Numbered from the stretch's first letter, positions 53,340 to 63,598 are shown. The stretch is DNA of 64,000 nt from an uncultured Alphaproteobacteria bacterium (GCA_964497925.1 CAZCFE010000006.1:12986-76985), one strand, 5' to 3'. Made by a program: numbers and translations. The notes: generated from the sequence alone by a model not told the origin.

Positions 53340-53641
53340 TCAACATGATGCACTTTATAGGGCTTGCAGTTCTTTTATTCTCGATTGGAATTGTTGGCGT
53401 GATTATTAATACTCATAATATTATAGTGATGCTGCTTTGCGCTGAGTTAATGTTGCTTGCTGCAAATATCCTTTTTGTGGGTTTTTCTTTTTTTGAGAAC
53501 CATATAGATGGACAGCTGTTTTCTATCTTTTTGCTTGCTATTGGTGCTGCTGAAATTGCTATTGGGCTTTCGATAGTTCTTTTCTATTTTAAAGAAAAAG
53601 GAACGATTTCGATTCACCAAGATGACCAAATGAAGGGATGA
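53336..53641 (+). CDS. nuoK: NADH-quinone oxidoreductase subunit K
   Basis: 101 aa, 3 TM. Confidence 0.9.
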   Translation: MINMMHFIGLAVLLFSIGIVGVIINTHNIIVMLLCAELMLLAANILFVGFSFFENHIDGQLFSIFLLAIGAAEIAIGLSIVLFYFKEKGTISIHQDDQMKG

Positions 53642-53644
53642 CTC

Positions 53645-55558
53645 ATGATTTTAGGCTTGATTGTTTTTTTGCCTCTTTTGATGTGTATCGTGGCATGGAT
53701 GCTTGAATACGAAATTAAATTTATTGGAGTGAGTATTTTAACAACCGCTGGTGTTGGAATTTCAATGGTTTTGTCGATGTTATTATTTATTCCAGGATTG
53801 CAGAATTTTTTTGGAAAAATACCTGATGTCATGAATATTTTTGTTTGGCTTTCTTTAGATCATTCGAATACATATTGGTCTTTAAAGTTCGATCCTTTGG
53901 TTAAAATTATGCTTTTTGTAGTCACAACCGTATCATTTGTTGTTCATGTGTATTCAATTGGGTATATGCATCATGACAAATCAAAATCACGTTTTATGCT
54001 GCTGATTAGCTTGTTTACATTTTTTATGTTGCTTTTAGTGACATCTAACGATTTTATTCAGCTCTTTTGTGGATGGGAAGGTGTTGGTTTGTGTTCATAT
54101 CTTTTAATTGGTTTTTGGCATCATAAAGATAGCGCCAATTATGCGGCACAAAAAGCGTTTATAGTCAATCGTGTTGGAGATTTAGGCCTTATCATTGCTA
54201 TGGCCATGATTTATTTTACATTCGGCACATTTGAGTTTTCGGCTGTTTTTTTAAAAATTAAAACAATTTCTAATGCTTCTTTTTGTTGCGGCATTTCACT
54301 TTTTGATTTTATAGCTTTGATGTTGTTTGTTGGTGCTATGGGAAAATCCGCTCAATTTGGGTTACATGTTTGGTTGCCTGATGCTATGGAAGGGCCAACG
54401 CCTGTGTCTGCCTTGATTCATGCGGCTACTATGGTAACAGCAGGTATTTTTTTAATGGTCAGATGCTCGCCTTTTTTAGAAGTTGCTCCTTTTGCAAAAA
54501 ATATTATTCTAATTATAGGTTCAATTACAGCTTTATTTGGGGCAACAGTTGCTATGGCGCAAACAGATATTAAGCGTGTCATTGCTTTTTCAACTTGCAG
54601 TCAACTGGGCTTTATGTTCATGTCTATTGGAAGTGGTTTTTATACAGGAGCAATCTTTCATTTATTTACGCATGCATTTTTTAAGGCAGCTCTCTTCTTA
54701 GGTGCAGGGTCTGTGATACATGCATTTTCTGATGAGCAGAATATTAAAAAAATGGGTCATGCATTTCGGTATATTCCTTATACATATTTTGTGATGTGGA
54801 TAGGAAGTTTGGCTTTGGCTGGATTTCCACCATTTTCTGGATTCTTTTCAAAAGAAAGCATTATCCACGTTTTGTCCCATAATACAACACAGATAGGCTT
54901 GTTTGCATATTGTGTTTCTTTATTGGTTGCATTTTTAACATCTTTTTATATTTTCCGCTTATTATTCCTTGTGTTTCATGGACAAGAAAGATCAGATGAT
55001 AAAGTTGTTGCCCATATCCATGAATCCTCATTGTCTATGTTGCTGCCTTTGCTTGTAATTGTTGTTTTTGCAGGGGCCATAGGGATTTCAACTCATCATT
55101 TATTTTTAGGTGCATCTGATGGATTTTGGAAAGGGAGTGGGGTTACATTTTTAAAAATTCCTTCTTTTAGCTATCTTGACCCTTTAATTATTTTCCCGCT
55201 GGGAGGTCTTTTATTGGCATGGATAATTTATGTTAAAGGCTTTGCATTGAATAGAGTTATTAGAAAAAGGTTAGATGGTTTTTATAAGTTTTTCTTGAAC
55301 AAATGGTTTATTGATGAGTTATATGATGTGTTATTTGTAAAGCCTATGTTTTTTTTAGGGCGAATTTTTTGGAAAATTGGAGATGAGAAAATCATTGAAA
55401 ATATGGGGCCTAATTTTTTATCTTATGCTGCTAATAAAATAGGATTTCAAGTAAAACGGCTACAAACAGGATATATAAGTGATTATGTGATAATTGTTTT
55501 AGGGTTTATAGTTTTGATGATTCCTTGTGTATTATTATGGAGATATTTCAATGGTTGA
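53645..55558 (+). CDS. nuoL: NADH-quinone oxidoreductase subunit L
   Basis: 637 aa antiporter-like subunit. Confidence 0.9.
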   Translation: MILGLIVFLPLLMCIVAWMLEYEIKFIGVSILTTAGVGISMVLSMLLFIPGLQNFFGKIPDVMNIFVWLSLDHSNTYWSLKFDPLVKIMLFVVTTVSFVVHVYSIGYMHHDKSKSRFMLLISLFTFFMLLLVTSNDFIQLFCGWEGVGLCSYLLIGFWHHKDSANYAAQKAFIVNRVGDLGLIIAMAMIYFTFGTFEFSAVFLKIKTISNASFCCGISLFDFIALMLFVGAMGKSAQFGLHVWLPDAMEGPTPVSALIHAATMVTAGIFLMVRCSPFLEVAPFAKNIILIIGSITALFGATVAMAQTDIKRVIAFSTCSQLGFMFMSIGSGFYTGAIFHLFTHAFFKAALFLGAGSVIHAFSDEQNIKKMGHAFRYIPYTYFVMWIGSLALAGFPPFSGFFSKESIIHVLSHNTTQIGLFAYCVSLLVAFLTSFYIFRLLFLVFHGQERSDDKVVAHIHESSLSMLLPLLVIVVFAGAIGISTHHLFLGASDGFWKGSGVTFLKIPSFSYLDPLIIFPLGGLLLAWIIYVKGFALNRVIRKRLDGFYKFFLNKWFIDELYDVLFVKPMFFLGRIFWKIGDEKIIENMGPNFLSYAANKIGFQVKRLQTGYISDYVIIVLGFIVLMIPCVLLWRYFNG

Positions 55559-57035
55559 TTCTTTGCCGATTTTAACGTTATTGTGGATCATGCCAGTTGT
55601 TGGATTTTTAGGTATTTTTCTTATTGATGATTCATCTTCAAATGCGCTTAAAAATACAAGGAACCTTGCTTTTTTTGTATCTTTGTTTACGTTTATCTTT
55701 ACTCTATTTGTTTTTATTCAATTTGACTGTGTTTTAGACAACTTTCAATTTATTGAAAAAACGCCATGGTTGCCAGTTCTTGATATTCGTTACCATATAG
55801 GAATTGATGGAATTTCAATGATTTTTTTGCTGTTAACATCTTTTATTTGTATGATTGCGATTATTGCAGCAAGAACAACAATTATATCTGAGACAAAGTC
55901 TTTTTATGCCAATATTTTGCTTCTTGAGTTTATGTTGATTGGTGCTTTTATTTCTATTGATATGATTATGTTTTTTATTTTCTTTGAAGGCTCGCTTATC
56001 CCGATGTTTATGATTATTGGTGTTTGGGGCTCAGAAAATAGAGTCTATGCAAGTTTTAAAATTGTACTTTACACTTTAACTGGATCTGTATTGATGTTAA
56101 TTGGAATTATTGCGATGTGCTTTCATATTGATTCTACAAGTATGCGCATCGCCTTAAATTTTAATTTTTCTTCTCAATTTCAACATATTTTATGGGTTGT
56201 ATTTTTTATAGGGTTTGCTGTTAAAATCCCTATGATTCCTTTCCACTCTTGGTTGCCGGATGCGCATGTTCAAGCACCGGCGTCTGGGTCTATTCTACTT
56301 GCAGGAATATTGCTGAAGCTCGGCGGGTATGGATTTTTACGTTTCTGTCTTCCAATGTTTCCACTGGCATCGGAAACATTTGCACCGTTTGTTCAAGTAT
56401 TAAGTATTTTTGGAATTATTTATGCATCTTTAATCGCCTTTGTTCAAACTGATCTAAAAAAGATGATTGCTTATTCATCGATCGCGCATATGGGGTATGT
56501 AACGCTTGGAATGTTTACGTTTAAATATGAAGGAGTGGCCGGAGCTATGTATCAAATGCTTAGCCATGGAATCATTTCAAGTGGTTTGTTCATGTGTGTT
56601 GGTATTTTATATAGGCAAACTCATACGCGTGCTATACAAGACTATCGCGGAATTTCGATGATGATGCCTAAGTTTGCTGTTTTATTTTTTATGTTGATGT
56701 TGGGAAGTATAGGATTTCCAGGGACATCTGGTTTTATTGGGGAATTTTATACTCTGATCTCAAGCTATAATATTGGACTAGCTGCAATCTTTTTTGCAGG
56801 ACTTGGTATAGTTTTAGGTGCAGTTTATATGCTTAACTTATTCAGAAGAGTTTTTCTAAGTGGCGAGCATTATCCACTAGAGCTTAAAGATGTAATTTCT
56901 TGGGAAAAGAATACTCTTATTATTCTTGTGTTTATGATGTTCTGGATGGGAATTTATCCTAAATTTTTTATGTCCATTTCTGATGCATCAATAAAAGACA
57001 TTATAACAATTTTAGAAAGGAATATGCATGCGTGA
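55551..57035 (+). CDS. nuoM: NADH-quinone oxidoreductase subunit M
   Basis: About 494 aa. Start at MVDSLPILTLLW overlaps the nuoL stop. Confidence 0.9.
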   Translation: MVDSLPILTLLWIMPVVGFLGIFLIDDSSSNALKNTRNLAFFVSLFTFIFTLFVFIQFDCVLDNFQFIEKTPWLPVLDIRYHIGIDGISMIFLLLTSFICMIAIIAARTTIISETKSFYANILLLEFMLIGAFISIDMIMFFIFFEGSLIPMFMIIGVWGSENRVYASFKIVLYTLTGSVLMLIGIIAMCFHIDSTSMRIALNFNFSSQFQHILWVVFFIGFAVKIPMIPFHSWLPDAHVQAPASGSILLAGILLKLGGYGFLRFCLPMFPLASETFAPFVQVLSIFGIIYASLIAFVQTDLKKMIAYSSIAHMGYVTLGMFTFKYEGVAGAMYQMLSHGIISSGLFMCVGILYRQTHTRAIQDYRGISMMMPKFAVLFFMLMLGSIGFPGTSGFIGEFYTLISSYNIGLAAIFFAGLGIVLGAVYMLNLFRRVFLSGEHYPLELKDVISWEKNTLIILVFMMFWMGIYPKFFMSISDASIKDIITILERNMHA

Positions 57036-58485
57036 TTTTTTGATGCAGTACTTTGCCGAGCTCATCATTTTTTTAGGGCTTATTTTAAGCTTAGGGTTTT
57101 CTTTGATAAGAGTTAAAATGTCTGATTTGATTAATTTCGCACTTATTATGGGGTTTTTCCTTCTGGGGATGATGTTGTTTTTAAAAAGATTTTCAAGTCC
57201 CGAGTCTTTCTTAATTAAAAATGATTTTACATATTATCTAAAGCTTATTTGTCTGTTTTCTTTTATTTGTGCTTTGACTTTGTTTCGAAAGGCATTATCA
57301 GAATTGCATATTGACAATAAAGAAATCCCTGTTTTGTTTTTTTCAAGTTTGATGGGGTGCTTTTTGCTTATAAGCTCAAATGACTTTGTAACTGCTTTTT
57401 TGTCGTTAGAGCTTTTAAGCTTATCGACGTATGTAATGTGCGCTGTGGTAACAAAGGTAAAAAATTCTGCTGAAGCATCAATGAAATATATGGTTTTAGG
57501 AGTTCTGGCAACGGCGTTTTTTGCCTTTGGGGCTGCTTTAATTTATGGTGGAATTCATACTTTCTCTTTTTCGCAGATGAGCCTTGTAATGAAAAATCAA
57601 AATGAGATTTCAATGCTTGTTCGCCTTGGATGTATCTTTATTTTGATCTCCTTATTTTTCAAATTATCGATAGCGCCATTTCATCTTTGGCTTCCTGATA
57701 TTTTTCAAGGTGCATCTTTAGTTGTTGTGATGTTTATTTCATCTTTGCCTAAAATTGCGATTTTTGGATTTTTAATAAGGCTTTTGTATGGACCGTTTGA
57801 GGCCATCTATTTTGATTGGCAGGCGGTCTTGATGGTGTGCGGTCTTTTGTCGGTAGGGTGGGGGACTTTTGCCGCTTTGCATCAGACCAATTTAAAACGG
57901 CTTCTTGCCTATAGTTCAATTTCTCATATGGGGTTTATGATTATTCCTCTTATTAATCAAAACTCCCATGGAATTAGCGCATCTATTATTTATCTTACTT
58001 TTTATACTTTGATTATGGTGTCAATTTTTTCAATTTTACTTTGGTTTAAAAGGCTTGGTTTTAAAATTCAAGAAATCAAAGAGTTGTCCGTTGTGAATTG
58101 TTCTCATCCAAATATGGTCACGATTTTGAGTATTTTATTTATTTCAATTTCAGGGATTCCTCCATTTTCAGGATTTTTCGTAAAATTTTATGTGATTGAG
58201 TCCTTTATTGAAAATAAAGGAAGTGGTGTGTCTATTGGCATTTCAATCTATCTTTTGGCAATGAGTGTGATATCTGTTTATTATTATTTAAAAATTATCA
58301 AGGAAATATATTTTCAAGGAAAAATTGAATTTAAGGGGCATGTTGGCGTTTTAAAAGATCATCTTAGTTTTTCTGTGATGATTGCTTTAAGTGTTGTGTC
58401 AATTGCGATATTTTGGATTCCAACGATTTATAAGGTTCTTTGGATGATGGTTTCAAAAGCCGTTTTAACTTTACCTGTTGTTTAA
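57028..58485 (+). CDS. nuoN: NADH-quinone oxidoreductase subunit N
   Basis: 485 aa, the last gene of the operon. Confidence 0.9.
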   Translation: MRDFLMQYFAELIIFLGLILSLGFSLIRVKMSDLINFALIMGFFLLGMMLFLKRFSSPESFLIKNDFTYYLKLICLFSFICALTLFRKALSELHIDNKEIPVLFFSSLMGCFLLISSNDFVTAFLSLELLSLSTYVMCAVVTKVKNSAEASMKYMVLGVLATAFFAFGAALIYGGIHTFSFSQMSLVMKNQNEISMLVRLGCIFILISLFFKLSIAPFHLWLPDIFQGASLVVVMFISSLPKIAIFGFLIRLLYGPFEAIYFDWQAVLMVCGLLSVGWGTFAALHQTNLKRLLAYSSISHMGFMIIPLINQNSHGISASIIYLTFYTLIMVSIFSILLWFKRLGFKIQEIKELSVVNCSHPNMVTILSILFISISGIPPFSGFFVKFYVIESFIENKGSGVSIGISIYLLAMSVISVYYYLKIIKEIYFQGKIEFKGHVGVLKDHLSFSVMIALSVVSIAIFWIPTIYKVLWMMVSKAVLTLPVV

Positions 58486-58490
58486 GGCTA

Positions 58491-58940
58491 TCATTGTTGT
58501 GCCCATTTTCCATCGCTGTCTTGTTTCCAATAAACCAATGGGCTTCCAGAGTCTTTGTATTTTTTATAACGTTCTCGGGCATTTTGAACACTTTGTGGAT
58601 CGTTGCCGTCAAAAATATCGATTATCTTTTTAAAAGAAGCGCTTAAAGGATGTTCTGTATTTCCTATTTTAATAACAATGTCTGAATTATTTGGATTTTC
58701 ATTTCCCATGGTCAAATAAATAGGCTGTTTCTCAGGATAAGACTCGTGATGTGTTCCGTGAGGAAGAAAATCCATTTGTGAATACGTCCATAAGGCATCA
58801 TCAATTGTTTTAAGTGTATTTTCATCATCAAAGAAAAGAAGGGCCTTAGCCCCGGATGCATATACTTTTTCAAGTAACCGAGGCAAAGCTCTTTCAAGTG
58901 GAACTGAAGTTAAATGATAAAAGCTAACCTGTGAAATCAC
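58491..58940 (-). CDS. holC: DNA polymerase III chi subunit
   Basis: 149 aa with the pattern FYHL..PLERALPRLLEK...LDDALW...F.PH. Lies downstream of pepA, as in the conserved pepA-holC pair. Confidence 0.7.
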   Translation of the reverse strand: MISQVSFYHLTSVPLERALPRLLEKVYASGAKALLFFDDENTLKTIDDALWTYSQMDFLPHGTHHESYPEKQPIYLTMGNENPNNSDIVIKIGNTEHPLSASFKKIIDIFDGNDPQSVQNARERYKKYKDSGSPLVYWKQDSDGKWAQQ

Positions 58941-60382
58941 TTTTCAAAACTTTTAACAAATTCATTAAGCAGGCGTACTCCAAAACCGGTTGCTCCTTTG
59001 ACAGAGAAAGGAGCATCTTTTTTCATCCAAACGGTTCCTGCAATATCAATATGTGCCCATTTTGTGTTACCTACAAAACGTTCAAGCAGTTTTGCAGCCG
59101 TGATAGAGCCGCCATAACGACCATTGCCCATGTTTTTCATATCAGCTCTGTCTGTATCGATATCTTTATCATATGCGCTGTCTAAAGGCATTCTCCAGAC
59201 TTTCTCTCCTGTTTCAAATCCTGCGCTTATAAGTTTTTGCGCTAAGTCATCATCATTTGAGAAAAGCCCTGCATATTCAAGACCAAGCGCAACCATAATG
59301 GCTCCTGTAAGAGTGGCAAGGTCAATCATATGGCTGGGGTTAAAGCGTGTTTGTGTATACCAAAGAGCGTCAGCTAAAACCAAGCGTCCTTCTGCATCTG
59401 TGTTTAAAACTTCAATCGTTTGTCCTGACATGGTTGTGACAATATCGCCTGGCCTTTGAGCGGAGCCTGAAGGCATGTTCTCAACAAGCCCTACAACACC
59501 CACAACGTTGACCTTTGCTTTGCGTCCTGCAAGGGCACACATCAAGCCAACTACAGCACCAGCTCCGCCCATATCAAAAATCATATCTTCCATACTATCA
59601 GCAGGTTTAATGGAAATACCGCCCGTATCAAATGTAACGCCTTTTCCAACAAAGGCAATGGGGGTGTCATTTCCAGCGCCATTATATTCCATAACCACAA
59701 GCTGTGATTCGCGAATGGACCCTTGACCAACGCCCAAAAGTGCGCCCATGCCAAGTTCCAGCATTTTTTCTTCGCCAAGGATTTCAACTTTTACACCAAG
59801 GCTGGAAAGCTCTTGAATACGTTCTGCCATGCTTTCTGGGTAAATAATATTGGCAGGCTCTGAGATAAGTTCTCGCGTAAAGAAAACGCCTTGTGCCACA
59901 GCTTGAAGGTCTTCAAAGGTCTTTGCATCAAGCGAAGAGTTGTTTGAGAGAACTTCGAGTGTCTCTAAATATAGCATAGCTTCATCGCGTTTTTTAGTTT
60001 TATATTTATCAAATTGCCAAGATTTCAAAAGCGCACCAAATGCTGCTTGAGGCGAATCCAAGTCTTGGGCAAATAATGTTGCGCTAACGGCCCTTAAATC
60101 ACGTAAGGGCTTGAGAGCATTAGCTCCAAACGCCATGTGATCAGTTGTTGTAAGGCTGGTTTCTTTACCCATTCCAATAAGGATGACATGTGTGTAATCT
60201 GTGTTTGATGTTGGAATAACAAGAACTTCACTTTTTTTCCCACTAAATATATTGTGGGTTAACGTGTCCTGGATCAATCCTGTTTCATCAAAAGTTTTTG
60301 CGGCTTTGCTTAATGTTTTGTTTTCAAAGCAAGGGAAAATACCAATTTTGGTAGAAGAGGTTTGTGTAATGGAAATAATCAT
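58937..60382 (-). CDS. pepA: Leucyl aminopeptidase (M17)
   Basis: 481 aa with NTDAEGRL and VGKGVTFDTGG motifs. Confidence 0.9.
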   Translation of the reverse strand: MIISITQTSSTKIGIFPCFENKTLSKAAKTFDETGLIQDTLTHNIFSGKKSEVLVIPTSNTDYTHVILIGMGKETSLTTTDHMAFGANALKPLRDLRAVSATLFAQDLDSPQAAFGALLKSWQFDKYKTKKRDEAMLYLETLEVLSNNSSLDAKTFEDLQAVAQGVFFTRELISEPANIIYPESMAERIQELSSLGVKVEILGEEKMLELGMGALLGVGQGSIRESQLVVMEYNGAGNDTPIAFVGKGVTFDTGGISIKPADSMEDMIFDMGGAGAVVGLMCALAGRKAKVNVVGVVGLVENMPSGSAQRPGDIVTTMSGQTIEVLNTDAEGRLVLADALWYTQTRFNPSHMIDLATLTGAIMVALGLEYAGLFSNDDDLAQKLISAGFETGEKVWRMPLDSAYDKDIDTDRADMKNMGNGRYGGSITAAKLLERFVGNTKWAHIDIAGTVWMKKDAPFSVKGATGFGVRLLNEFVKSFEK

Positions 60383-60667
60383 ATGATTTAAGCCTTTCAG
60401 GATTTTTAATATTGATTAGAGGAAATTTTGATCAATCTTTTGTTAAAAGTCAAATCATTTAATGTCAAAAATCCATTTTTAAGCATATTTTTTGATATTT
60501 TTTGTGTCTTTTGTGTAACAGGTGTGGTGTAAATACAAACACAGCTCTTCTAAAAGATTGACTTTGGGGTTCGTTTGGGGTTAGATGCTGAGTATGAAGT
60601 GAGGTGAAACAGTTTTCGCTTCGGAATTAAAAAAAAGTATAACTTAATAATTAAAAGGATTAAATAA

Positions 60668-61402
60668 ATGAAAAAAATTTCTTTAGCAGTAATCGCTGCA
60701 GCTCTTTCAATGACATCAGCAGTAAAAGCTGATGATAACTTCTCCGGTTTCAGAGGATCTCTCTTGGGTGATTGGGGTTTTGTAACTGTAACTGATGCTG
60801 GCGGTGTTACACCTGCTTCTGCTGCTGGTGTTACACCTGTTGTTGCTGCGGTTGATCGCGTTGTTGATAACAACGGTCTTGGTAAAATTGGTGTGAATCT
60901 TGGTTACACAAAAGTAATGGCGAACAACATGTTGGTTGGCGCTGGCGTAATCGGTTTCATGGATATGTTCAAAATCGAAGGAAAACCAGATGATGCTGCA
61001 AAGCCAGAAAACAACAAAGCACAACTTAAAGATGGCGTAAAGCTTGATTCCGGTTTTGGTGGTGGTTTGAACCTTTCTTTGGGTATGGTTTTCTCACCAA
61101 AAATCGCTGGTCGCGTTATCGGTGAAGTCACTTATGCAAAGCAAAATCTTACACCAAAGGCAAGCGGCACTGTTGCTTCTGAATGGGTTATGGGTGCGGC
61201 AGCTGGAGCGGCTATTGATTTTGCGGCAACAGACAGATTCATTCTTACCGTTGGTGGAAAATATAACTTCTTGCCAACAGAAGTAAAGTGGACAGCAGCA
61301 AATAACAAAGATAATAAAGATTTGGTCGATGGTACTACATTCACAGATTCAAAATCTTGGAACATCTTCGCTGAAGTTGGTTTCCGTATTACACAAAACT
61401 AA
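60668..61402 (+). CDS. Outer-membrane beta-barrel surface protein (Omp25/OmpA-like, porin-family fold)
   Basis: 244 aa with the signal peptide MKKISLAVIAAALSMTSAVKA and alternating amphipathic beta-strands. Strong GGT/GCT/GTT codon bias, unlike its neighbours. In-frame tandem repeat GGVTPASAAGVTPVVAA. Confidence 0.5.
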   Translation: MKKISLAVIAAALSMTSAVKADDNFSGFRGSLLGDWGFVTVTDAGGVTPASAAGVTPVVAAVDRVVDNNGLGKIGVNLGYTKVMANNMLVGAGVIGFMDMFKIEGKPDDAAKPENNKAQLKDGVKLDSGFGGGLNLSLGMVFSPKIAGRVIGEVTYAKQNLTPKASGTVASEWVMGAAAGAAIDFAATDRFILTVGGKYNFLPTEVKWTAANNKDNKDLVDGTTFTDSKSWNIFAEVGFRITQN

Positions 61403-61435
61403 TTTATATAAATTAGTTTACGCGTAAATACGTAA

Positions 61436-61488
61436 AATAAAAGGTCTCGGGTTTTTATCTCCTTTCTTGCTCGAGACCTTTTTTATTG
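61436..61488 (+). terminator. Intrinsic terminator downstream of the surface protein gene
   Basis: aaggtctcg ... cgagacctt followed by tttttatt. Confidence 0.55.
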
Positions 61489-61496
61489 TTTAAAAT

Positions 61497-62087
61497 TTGA
61501 ACCTCATGTTTAATCAAAGTCTTTTACAAAAACGATTTCAAGCTTTTAATTTTTCAAATGTTGATTTTTTCACATTTCCCATTATTTCATCTTTCAAAGA
61601 ACGCTCTTCTTTTTTAAAAACCCCGAATCAAGCAATTTCTTCGTTTATGGAGCTTCATTGGATTGATGATCCGTTGCTATATTTCCGAGGGATCCATAAA
61701 TCGTTAAAGCAATCAGATCCATTTCAGGGATGTTTTATTGGCGGAGACAGTCTTTATGATATCAAAACCTTTTTTATTAAAAAAGAATTGGAAATTTGCG
61801 GAAAAGTCGCTCAGCGTTTCAGTCCGTTAATTTCGCCCAAATCTTTAATAGGGCTTTTAAATGCGGCAGGATTCGATCAAATTGTTGTGGACATTGAAAC
61901 GTATATTTTTGAATACTCCTCTTTTGAATCAATGATGGGTGATTTGCGTAAATCAGGACAAAAAAATGGCCTCACAAATCAAGCGTATTTCCCAAAATAT
62001 TTGTATAAGTCTTTAAGTGCGTCGTTTAATCAAAGCCCTATCCCTGTAGTAATTGATGTTGTATATTGGAGTTGTTTTAAAAAGTAA
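61497..62087 (+). CDS. BioC-like class I methyltransferase homolog with a degenerate SAM-binding motif
   Basis: 196 aa. The C-terminal third (MGDLRKSGQKNGLTNQAYFPKYLYKSLSASFNQSPIPVVIDVVYWSCFKK) follows the BioC C-terminal pattern (..LKgiGat......l....Y.....YPLTYhlf.g). No GxGxG motif I is detectable in the N-terminal half. Confidence 0.3.
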   Translation: MNLMFNQSLLQKRFQAFNFSNVDFFTFPIISSFKERSSFLKTPNQAISSFMELHWIDDPLLYFRGIHKSLKQSDPFQGCFIGGDSLYDIKTFFIKKELEICGKVAQRFSPLISPKSLIGLLNAAGFDQIVVDIETYIFEYSSFESMMGDLRKSGQKNGLTNQAYFPKYLYKSLSASFNQSPIPVVIDVVYWSCFKK

Positions 62088-62224
62088 AACCCAGCTGAAA
62101 AATAATTTTTCTTGCATTTTATAGGGGATTGGGGTACTGTAAAAGTAATAGAAACGATAATGAAACGCTAGTCCATGAAGTTACATGCACTGGCATTTTT
62201 GTTATGGATTTAAAAGAGAGTTTT

Positions 62225-63598
62225 ATGTTTGCAAATTTGACGTCAAAATTAACATCTGTTTTCGCAAAGCTGCGCGGAAAAGGAACATTATCTCAAAATG
62301 ATGTAGAGCTTGCGCTGCGCGAAATTCGTATCAGCTTGCTTGAGGCGGATGTGGCGTTAAGTGTTGTGAAGGAATTGATTGAAAGCATCAAAGAAAAAGC
62401 AATTGGCGCCGAAGTTTTAAGTAGCTTAAATCCGGCGCATTTGGTTGTAAAGATTGTTCAAGATCATTTGATTGAGGTTCTTGGGAGTGATTCGGGCGAT
62501 TTGAAATTGCAAGGAAAGTATCCTGCAACAATTTTAATGTTGGGTCTTCAAGGGTCAGGAAAAACAACAACTACAGCAAAGCTTGCTAAGCGTTTAAAAG
62601 AAAAAGAAGGGCGAAAGGTTCTTCTTGTTTCTTTGGACATATACAGACCTGCAGCTCAAGAACAGCTTGAGATACTGGCAAAAAGCATTGGTGTTGATTC
62701 TCTTGAAATTATTCAAAACCAAACACCAGCTCAAATTGCAAAACGTGGTATGAGCGAGGGTAGGGTCTATGATGTGGTTTTATTTGACACAGCAGGGCGT
62801 TTGCAAATTGATGATGCTTTGATGAACGAATTGGTGGAGATTGAAAAAATTATCTCTCCATCGGAAAGTTTGCTTGTTGCTGACAGTTTAACAGGACAAG
62901 ATGCCGTTAATGTTGCAAAAGGCTTTATGGAGAAGGTGGCTCTTACAGGCGTTATCTTGACCAGAGTTGATGGCGACGCAAAAGGTGGCGCGGCTTTGTC
63001 TATGCGCGCTGTAACAAAATGCCCAATCAAATTTATGGGTCTTGGCGAAAAAGTAGATGCGTTAGAGGTGTTTCACCCAAAGCGTATAGCTGAGCGTATT
63101 TTGGATATGGGCGATATTGTTTCTTTGGTTGAAAAAACCCTTGAAAACTTTGATATGAAAAACGCTGAAGCGATGGCTAAGAAAATGCAAGATGGTGGGA
63201 TGCTTGACCTATCCGATTTTGCAGTTCAGCTTGAGCAAATGGTTAAAATGGGTGGATTTTCAACCATTATGAGTCATCTTCCAGGAATGGAGCAGATGAA
63301 AAGTCAAATTCCTTCTAATTTGATGGACGATAAAGTTTTAACTCGTATGTTGGCCATTATTCGGTCAATGACGAAAGAAGAACGTGCGAATTCTGGTATC
63401 TTGAATGCTTCTCGTAAAAGACGAATTGCAAAAGGTTCAGGAACGCAAGTGCAAGATGTAAACCGCTTACTTAAAATGCATCAAGAGATGGGGGCGGCAA
63501 CAAAAAAATTTGGAAAATTAGCAAAGCTTGGAAAGCTGGGTAAGCTTAATTTTCTAAAAAACGGTCTGACAGGATTTAATCCTGGACGGCTCAAATAA
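62225..63598 (+). CDS. ffh: Signal recognition particle protein Ffh
   Basis: About 457 aa from MFANLTSKL, with a GTPase domain (GLQGSGKTTT, DTAGR, TRVDGD) and an M-domain. Confidence 0.95.
   Translation: MFANLTSKLTSVFAKLRGKGTLSQNDVELALREIRISLLEADVALSVVKELIESIKEKAIGAEVLSSLNPAHLVVKIVQDHLIEVLGSDSGDLKLQGKYPATILMLGLQGSGKTTTTAKLAKRLKEKEGRKVLLVSLDIYRPAAQEQLEILAKSIGVDSLEIIQNQTPAQIAKRGMSEGRVYDVVLFDTAGRLQIDDALMNELVEIEKIISPSESLLVADSLTGQDAVNVAKGFMEKVALTGVILTRVDGDAKGGAALSMRAVTKCPIKFMGLGEKVDALEVFHPKRIAERILDMGDIVSLVEKTLENFDMKNAEAMAKKMQDGGMLDLSDFAVQLEQMVKMGGFSTIMSHLPGMEQMKSQIPSNLMDDKVLTRMLAIIRSMTKEERANSGILNASRKRRIAKGSGTQVQDVNRLLKMHQEMGAATKKFGKLAKLGKLGKLNFLKNGLTGFNPGRLK

Noticed and set aside
60550-61365. 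Four minus-strand ORFs of 75 to 107 aa across the outer-membrane protein gene
   Set aside because: Artefacts of the GGT/GCT-rich codon usage of the plus-strand OMP gene, which leaves the antisense frames stop-poor.
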